Below are positions 54,159 to 64,000 of a stretch of 64,000 nt of DNA, one piece after another; position 1 is the stretch's first letter; each line of letters opens with the position of its first letter. The stretch is from assembly GCF_009914755.1 (NCBI RefSeq), contig NC_060937.1, one strand, 5' to 3'. The stretch comes from the human T2T-CHM13v2.0 reference genome, Homo sapiens. Position numbers and translations under genes: made by a program. The notes under the pieces are model-generated. The model worked only from the letters and a program-made list of their open reading frames with translations, was not told the DNA's origin and did no database searches.

Positions 54159-56475
54159 GGGGTTGAGGGTGGGGGGTGGGGTGGGTGCCAGGGGAGTGTC
54201 AGGGAAGGAATCCTGGAGGGGGTGACAGCTGACCAGGTTCTTGAAAAGGATGACATCTGTATATGCAATGGGCATGTAAAAAGGTATCCCCAAAATACAC
54301 TTATTGGGATCCTAAATACAAAGATATTTCTAAATGTTCTCTTAGGAGAAATGTTCAAAACCAGTCTCCTGGAAGCAGAATAGCTCTTAGGTTTTCCCTT
54401 TGTGAAATAAACAAACTCTGAAGATGGTTACATATTTGTTAAGAACAAATTAACCACACAGATTATGTTAACATAACAGAATACTTTACAAGGTGAGTGA
54501 ATGCCTACAAACCAGATCTTTAAGAAAGTGAAACTGAAAATGCTTTTGTAATCTTTCCAAAGAGTTTCAAAGGCAGTGAGGTATGTTTTTCATTTAAACC
54601 TAAGATGTGTATCCAGAGTGAGTTCCTGGTGCCTGCCGTGCACACTTTATAAACAAAGACTTCATTCCATCAATAAAACCCTCTGTCTCCTTTGACCAGG
54701 ATGCAACGCTGGCAGAACTGAGGAATGCAGCTGTCAACAGCTATTCTAAGTATTGTTGACTTGGGTGAGGAGATTTGTGTCCATGTTTGAAAATATGACA
54801 TGACACGAAGCAAAGAGAATTTCAAAACTCCTGACCAAAGCTGGTACAGAGAAAAACTGACTGCTCAAAGAACTCCATCAGATCTTTCCAGCAATCTGTG
54901 CATGGAGCGTGCACTTGAAAAGCAAGTGTGTTTTGAGTGAGCAGGAGGTAAGCGCTCATCACAGGTTCTGTAAAATTCACTCACACTGTGGGCCAGGAAC
55001 TCAAGGGCAGAGCGGTTTCTGTGCAGAGGACTGGGCTGACACAGTCAGAGCAAGCTGCTCCATGTTTTCTGGACCTGCTGAAACACACTCTTAAGACACA
55101 GTGGGCCTCACAGCTGAGCCATGAAAACCATGCTGACATATGACAACCAGGTGTGGAGGGGTTCATTTTGACAAGCAGGCAATGGACACTGGCCCTAACC
55201 AAAGATTAGGAAATTTCAAAGCAGAAAGCAACCTGGGCATTACCTAGTCCTACCATCTTGATTTAGAGATGAGAAAGTGGATGCCCAGAGAAGTGAAGTG
55301 ATTTGCCCAAAGTTACACAGCTAGTTAAGAGGAGAGCTGGAATTAGAATCAAGAGTCCTGCTGCATCTTCACTGTGCACCTGAGTTCTCTGTCTCTCCAG
55401 CATGCCTTCCTTTGGATGCCTCTAGTGACACTGCACTCACTAGCTCCTGACATTGCCCATTCTTTTTTTTTTTAACAGTTTTCAAAGTGAGAAATTTATC
55501 CCTAATATGTTGACTTCGGACTTGATAACCTGTAGTTAAATCCATTGTCTTTATTCAGTACTCCTGGGTTCCTGTAACAAGTCTGATTCTCTTTCCCACT
55601 GTTCCTGGTCAAATCCATAAAGAAAGCACACAACAATACCTGAACCTTCTCCCAGTCAGCCTCAGCACCCTCTTCCTTCAGTCCTTCCATGAACTAAAAT
55701 CCACCTTTTCTGACATCTAAAAATTCTAAAAACCCACCTTTTCTGAGGTCCAGGGTTATCCACAGAAAGAGACCAGGAAGAAGCTGATCAACCTATTAAT
55801 GGTGGTCTCTATCTTTCTTAGTTCTGAACTTGTATGTATAAATTTTAGTAAGTTGTTATGTTACGATTAAAAAGTAATGGTCATGTTTACTCCTTGCTTT
55901 GTGACAGGCCTGTGCTGAAAGCTTCATGTCATCTCATGTCATCTTTTTGGCAGTCCCATCACAAAGTTGACAAATGCTAAGTGACCTCATTCTACTAAAA
56001 CACACACGTCTTGTCTGTCTGCAGAAGGATACTCTCATGCAACTTTGAAGTTGACATTTTGAAACTAAATGAAATTTGCATTTTCCGTTCAGTTTTCCAA
56101 AATCTGTCTTCTTAGTTCTCCTCCTGTCTTGAATTTCTCCTCCCTTGTCCTCAATAGCTATAATGGCTAGACAACCCTCTCTTAAAGTTCCTGTTCCTTC
56201 TAATTCACCAGCAAATTTCTTCTTGCAGGACAGATTCAGCCACAGAGGGCAAGGAGATCCTCCTGTTGCCACATTTGGAAGGTGAACCATTAGCTGCCTT
56301 CCTGGCAGATGCCTACTGGGGGTCTGGAGCTTGGAGGTGACACATGGAGCATGTCCTCCTCCACTTCCTCCCTCTGTCCAGGTAGTTGTTGTTTTGCTCT
56401 CACCACAGCATTATTTCTGTTCTTTCCCCTCTCTACCTTCACCCCTTGGTGTGCACCAGGTTCCCTGCACCCTCA

Positions 56476-56818
<343 letters not shown>

Positions 56819-59309
56819 TTAAGCAAATCTTCTTAGACTCCCTCCCCAACACTGATTTCTTCTGAATCCTCTGTTGTAAATTTCCAGTTTTACGGGCCAT
56901 TGCCAGGTCTCAGGGATGTACACAGGGTTACCGTCAATTCCTTAGGCTGGAAGCTCATGTGTACTAAGTTATTTTCCCTGCTCCCTCTCACTCATTTCTC
57001 CATCTTGTCTGAATGTACTCCACAGCAAACTGCTTACAGGATTCTGGGCATCTGTCCTACTCTACTCCTGTTAGACACTTTTGGGTTAAGTAACTTTAGG
57101 GCTTGGTTGTTTCTTTTAATGGCACCACTCCTCTCAGTCCTGGTTTAAAACCTCTATAGGTAACCACATCTAGTGACCTGCCAAACCCTTTCAGATGGAG
57201 CCACTTTAGAAAGGATTTCTATATCATTGTCTTTTTTGTTCCCATTGCTAATTTAGGTCCTCATTGGCTCTCATCTGGAGTACTGCAAAGGACTCTTTTT
57301 GTCCCCACAAACTGTAGCTTCTATATCCCCCCTGTCCCCACCCCTCCTGCCCTTCCTCCCTCCGCCTCCTCCCTGCATGCCCTTCTCACACCCCTGGAAC
57401 TGGGATCAGCCAGCGATGCACACGGGGGAACCATGAGAACAGGCCCTAATTGGGGCCTCTAAATTACTTCTTTCAGACTTCTTTTCACATCCCTATCTCA
57501 TTAGCCGATGATTAATTTTCTTTCTGTACGATGTTATGTGACTTTGTACAGCAGGACTGTTATATAATGATAGGGAGGGAGAAAAGGACTGAATTGGCTC
57601 TTGGTGTTCTCTGCTTTGTCCTAGCTGACAAGCTTATGGTGCGGGAGCAGACAGTAGGGGCAAAAAATTATTAAATATTGAGAAATATTTTTGAACATTC
57701 AGTCAAGCCCCTAAGAAGTCGCTAATTTTTATACATCTACTTCTATCTTTCTGAGGAGTGGGGACACTCCAAATATATGTTGAAAGACTAAATAAATTAT
57801 AATTTCTTTCTGGCATTCAATGCCTCCTTGCTCTATAGAACTTCCTCTTTATTTGAAGTCAGGTAATAGCCTGGTGACACCATATAGATATAAAGCCCAC
57901 TATAGTCAGTATTTATAACAGCAGAGATGGTAATTCACAGCATGTAAATGTCTTTATAGGAAACTTCCCTTTGAAACCTGCATCTTTCTGAGGCAATATG
58001 CAAGTGTTAACCTTTTGATTTTATTTATCAACCTTCATTTCTGTTTACAAAGGCATGTGAGAGATAGGTAACGTCTCATAAATTTTAAAAAGAACAAAGA
58101 AAAACATTCAATATTTAGTTTCAAAGAAAACATTCACATCATATTAAACAATTTATGTAGGTTTCAATTTAAACTTACTGCTTGAAGGGACTGAAACAAC
58201 ACAGAACTGGTCTGTTTAAATAATATCAGTATATAGCTGTAGACTGGGAGAGACAAAAATAGAGCCTGTTTTAAAGGTAAACACATCATGAATATTCCTA
58301 AAGAGAACTGCAAATTGTGTGTGGTCTGTAAATCATAGACTGATCTAATATTAATTTAATTTTTCTACTAGACTGTGTGGGCAAGGAGAACGGGTAACAT
58401 AACTATCACTTATCTCAGGGTCCAACATGGCTCTTGGCATATAGTATCCTCTTCAACAAGTATCAGTTAAATGAAAGAAAGAAATTATAAAATTTACAGA
58501 ATTTACAGAGTTCATCCTAAAGAGACAAGACAAAGTAGTATTTGGTTGTTGGGTCCACAATGTCACAACATAAATTCATATATGATTCTAAGCAAATGAC
58601 ATGTGGTATTCTTTCTATTTGTCTTATTAAGTGAATAGTAAGAGCCATGAGGGTTCTTGTTAGTTATTCCTTTATTATAGTTGGAAAATTATGGTGATGA
58701 TGACTTACATTTCACAGATAATGAGGCTAAGAGGCACAAGGAATGAAGGTGTGTTCACAGAATAAATGGACAGAATTGGTCTTTGAATGCTTGTTAATAT
58801 GGCATCTGGAAGGCAGACCTCATGCTTCCCTTCCTTTCTAGCTACAAGAAACCAGACCTGAAATCAAAGGATAACACAGAGGGGCAGTAGGGTAAGTATG
58901 GTCTCATCTAAATCCACACAAGGTCATCTCATACCACTTAGCTTGGGAGTGCTTGAAAAATTCAGGACAGGAACAGGGACAGGAGAGGACATCATAATCC
59001 CATGCCTCAGGGGAATACTACAACCTAACAGGAACATAACTGAAAGGCAAGCTAACCAAAACAAGTTTATAAAAGAGGCAAAAATAAAATTTCACTCATC
59101 TGCTATTAAAATTTTAAATAGGAAGCATAAACCATATTAAATAAACTCAATCTTCACTTCTATATTATGGTGAATTAGTGAATTAAGGGAAAAAGGAAAT
59201 ACAGGAACTGTAGATTCTGAGTAGAGATTAGAAATAAAAGGAAGAAATAAAGTTGAAGATGAAAAGAAAGGAAGTAAGTCAGAGGGAGAGACAGCAGCAG
59301 ACAGATGGA

Positions 59310-59500
59310 GGGACCGTCCGAGTTCTAGTTCAAGGGTAGACTAACAGAAACTGTGCCTCGGTTCTTCATCTGCAAAAAAAAAAGGACTAAAAAGAGTATT
59401 TACCCTGACAGCACTGTTCTGAGGATTAGTGTTACGAATTAAAATATGTACAAGGCTTCAAAGACTACCTGGTACAGAGTAAGCACTCAACACATATTAC
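59310..59500 (+). mobile_element. MIR fragment
   Basis: ctgtgcctcggttcttcatctgcaaaa...ctgaggattag...cctggtacagagtaagcactcaa. Confidence 0.65.
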
Positions 59501-60004
59501 TATCACTTTGATAAACATTATATCATTTGTGTGTGTGAGTGTATGCATGTGTATATTAGAGTGTACATGTGCTACAAGACTGCTTTCATGTCCTTCCTTT
59601 AAAAAAAAAAAGCATATCCTACTTCTCGGTGGCTTTTTAAGTTCATGTTTTATTATCTGTCCTAACTTCTTTGGGTGGAAACCAGAAGGCCTTCTAGGAA
59701 AACAACTGAGGAGACAGTGCCATACAGTTTCTCTACAAAAGAAACTTCTCCAAGGGAAATCAGAAACCTCCTCTTTCTTCTCCCCCAGGACCTAAGATAT
59801 TTTTCATGCCTGGAAATGAGAGTTGCAGCACTGGGACCTGTTTCCTCTCTGCTTTTTCTGCCAGGAAGATTAGGTGTTGTACCCGACACACCAACTGCAC
59901 TTGTTCCTATGTTTGGCATACCCACTTTCCCCTTAAACTGAGTTTTCCCTTTGTAATTCTATTTTATTCATCCAAATGATTATGTCTATTTTGAGCTTTT
60001 TTAC

Positions 60005-60054
60005 CCACACACATACACATACACACACGTGTGCATAAACACACACACACGTGT
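60005..60054 (+). repeat. Imperfect (CA)n/(RY)n tract
   Basis: cacacacatacacatacacacacgtgtgcataaacacacacacacgtgt. Confidence 0.85.
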
Positions 60055-60413
60055 CTTTTTAATAAATTAAAACTGAGCAGCACCAGACTTTTAAAAATAC
60101 TTCATTACATCCGAGGCCCTGGCCAGATTTACTTATTTACATGTTGTTTTGCATTTTAATTTAGAAAGCACCAATGCCAACCCATACTCCCCCATAGCTT
60201 GTCATTTCTGACAACATCCTGAGTAATTCCAGGGGCGAATTTTTCAGAGGGAATAATTTAACTAACAAATTGCCATTTAAAACTAATTTATCCTTTTGAG
60301 CTGAGTGCAATATACTTGGAGGAGCATTCCTTAATGACTTGTTTGGATAATGTTTTTCTCCACAGTGTTGATCCCTCAACATTAGAAACTCAGAGAGTTA
60401 ATTCCTCACATGA

Positions 60414-60973
<560 letters not shown>

Positions 60974-63476
60974 AAAGGATTTTTCATTTTCAATTAAGTA
61001 TTTTCTGCCCAGTTATAACTTCAAAGAACGTTAGGTACTTCATTCAGGGGTCTATATTTCATTCTTATTCACAGAAGCATCTAGTTTTGAATTGTTACTA
61101 TGCTTTTATGCAGTGCTATGTTTTCAAAATCCTTTTTTAGTCATTTAAAAAGCTGGTCCTCATTATATCTCCACCAGATTCTTCCTCCTCCACAGATGAA
61201 AAAGGAAGTTGAGGTTTGGCAGACTGAAGACATCTGCCCACAGTGTCACTGGAATCACAGGGAAATAGGCTGTGGTTTACACTATCCTGCTGGGGATGAA
61301 AATCTACTTGTTTGTAGTCTCCAGGGTGGTAAAGAGCAGAGGGGGAAAAGCAGGATGCACAGTATTCAGGGTTTAGCTGAATGTCAAGTTCAGCTTCCTC
61401 ATCTCAGATGTGAGGCTGCAACCTGCCTACTTACTTCACGTTGTTATTATGAGTGCCAAACTGTATGATGGACGTTTATGTGCCAGCAATTTACAAACAA
61501 GCAATCAATACACAAATGTAAATTATAGTCAGCATTTTTTCCTATTTTGGTGGCTTCTGAGACTCTACAATGGTGCTAAGTGCCCACCTTGTCCAGAAAG
61601 AGAATTCAATATATTCAGTGTATTACTGTGTTTTAACAAGTATACAGAAGTGTGACAGGTGAGAGGGACAGAGGGAGAAAAAGAAGGGGGCGGGGGGTGA
61701 GTGAGAGAGAGAGAGATAGTGTCTATGTATGTGTCTATCCTCGATGCTTGCAATCCATGGTTCTCAGCAGAACTATGCCATTCTCCATGTTAGGGTCAGC
61801 CAGTTTTTATAGTTGGAAAAACTGAGAAGCAGAGTGGCATACTGCCCTAGGTCCTTCTGAGATATTTGCTCATTCAACATGTATTAATTACGTACAAGTT
61901 TGCTAGGCAAGACGCTGGGGGCATAGAGGTAAGTCAGGATCCCTGGCCCTAAGGTGCCCCCAGTCCGTGGTGATGCAGATACCTGGGCACATAGCTGTGT
62001 TAGAAAGTGGCAGTGTTATTAGCAAGGCACACAAAGTACCTATATCATCATCCTGAAAAAAGCCTGACCATACTCTGAATAGTATGTGGACTTCCTCAGT
62101 GAAAGTATCTATCTAGCTAAGCCACTGTATCCCCAAAGCCAAGCACAGAGCATTTTGTAAATACATACCCAGGTCAGAGAGTGGCTACCCCATGGGCCCC
62201 AGCCACACTTTCAATAGCAGTCATTTTTCCTGCATTTATCAAAAGACATTTTGGAGGCAGAGGATTGTTTGGTGTTGTATTATTTATCTTTATCTATATT
62301 ATTATTTACCTTTCTCCTCTTCCTAACACAGGAACATTCCAGATCGGTAGGCCTCTTGCAAGCTGAGTCTATACCAAAAGTGCACACGTTGTGGAAGACT
62401 GAGGTTATAAAGGATAAATCTGTCACAGAGACAGAGTACAAGGGCTGGCTAATCTATATTTGCTTGTTGTAACTGAACAGGGAATTTACATTTGCCAGAA
62501 TAGCAGAAAAGAAATATTAGCTTGGACATTCATGCCCTTATTCAATTATTTTTTTTTACTATAACCAAAACAGATCTTCATGTTTTTTCAAATACATTTG
62601 GTCAGTCAGTCAAAAGAATTTGAAAAGCATATCACAAGTATTTAACTTCCTTCTATCAGAGAGTGATGGGACAGAGACATGAGGGAAGTGAATCATTTCA
62701 GCATAAAGCTTTTGTTAAACAGAGCTAAGTTAAACTGAACTAAAATAGAATAAATTGGATGTATGAAGTGTGTATTATGGGAACTTATCCTGAGACCTCT
62801 TCTGTTCAGTGTCTTTTCTTGATGTCTTGAACAAAGATCGCTATAATACACTCACTAAATACTCACCATCATCAAGTTACTTGTGTTGAAGGCATGTCAG
62901 GTGCTAAGAACACAGAAAGGTTGAAGACAAGTGTTTAGGCTTCACGCTTCAAGAGGGACAGGAACTTTCAGAGTAAATTAAAGTGACAAAAAAGTACTTT
63001 AAGTTATTGAAAACCTTGCTAAAATGAAATTAAAGAGCTGAAACTCTACCCAGAGTTATATGACTGACACAGTCACAGCAGATTATAACAGAAAGTCATA
63101 CATGTAAGAGGTAAATCCTAATTCCACAGGATAATGTCAGAGAAATCAGGTCCTATGAAGCATCCCTCACACTGTTCCCCTTGGCCACCATCTGTCAAGA
63201 AGTGGTACCAGGCCAGCTCTTGTTATTACCATAAGAAGCAGAGAGATATGAGTTGGGAGGATCCAGGTCAGATGGACTCCTACCAACCTCTTCCAATTGA
63301 AATCCGGGCACTTCTACCCTGGCCTCACCCCTCCACACCTTGCTTGGCTGGCCTGCCTTGCACTGGCCTCACCTGTGACCATGCACTCCAGCTACCTCTT
63401 GGACAGACTTTATACCAGCCTGACCAGAAGGTTTTCTTAGCTATGATGTTCACTGCCCAATTTTTCCTTTTGTCCC

Positions 63477-63897
63477 TGCTATAGTCTGTATTATAAATTT
63501 CATGGTTAGAAATTTAATGTTGCCAAGCATTAAGAGGTGAGGCTTTTCAAAGGTGACTAGGCTATGAGGGAGGTTATGCCCTCATGAAGGGATTAATGCT
63601 TTTACCATGGGAGTGGATTAGTTATTGTAGGATTGGGTTAGTTATTGTGAGAGCGGGCTCCTGATAAAAAGATAAGGTCAGTCCCCACTCTCTCTCTGTC
63701 TCACATGCTTACTTGCTTTTCTGCTTTCTACCATGGAATGATGCAACAAGAAGGCCCTCACCAGATGGCTGAGCAGATGCTGGCACCATGCCCTTGGACT
63801 TCCCAATCTCTAGAACCATGAGCCAAATAAATCTCTTTTCTTTATAAATTACCCAGTCTGTGGTACTCTGTTATAGCAGCATAAATGAACTAAGATA
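63477..63897 (+). mobile_element. MST-family MaLR solo LTR
   Basis: tgctatagtctg...ccctcatgaagggattaatgc...gaaggccctcaccagatg...aataaatctcttttctttataaattacccagtctgtggtactctgttatagcagc...actaagata; near-TSD gtccc / ctccc. Confidence 0.88.
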
Positions 63898-64000
63898 CTC
63901 CCCACCTCACATTTGTGATTGTTTTGGATCGTTTTCCCACGAACAAAACTCCTAGATATGATCCTTTTTTTTCTTGAGTGAATTACCCTCTGAGTAAAAA

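Overview
Human or great-ape genomic DNA lying wholly inside ENOX1 on the minus strand. Six GT-AG coding exons (47714-47887, 46285-46491, 42353-42586, 30984-31196, 12864-12970, 8829-8946; 1053 nt) splice into one open frame: Pro-rich segment, CKSC motif, RRM, then a charged/coiled-coil region. The gene continues beyond both window edges. Introns hold ordinary primate repeats (8 Alus, a short L1PA2-like insert with TSD, MER1B, MER5A, MER8, MER44, MaLR LTRs, MIR, L2). The most interesting signal is a set of small frame-disrupting cassette candidates. A 4-nt (CCAA) or 20-nt microexon sits just before the RRM exon, and that exon has a fully open second reading frame. There are also 71-nt and 32-nt stop/frameshift exon candidates beside a triple UGAAUACC motif, and a candidate early terminal exon with tandem AATAAA. 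Together they suggest a splicing-based on/off switch for an RRM protein; this is inferred from sequence only. Nearly all entries of the supplied ORF track are spurious.
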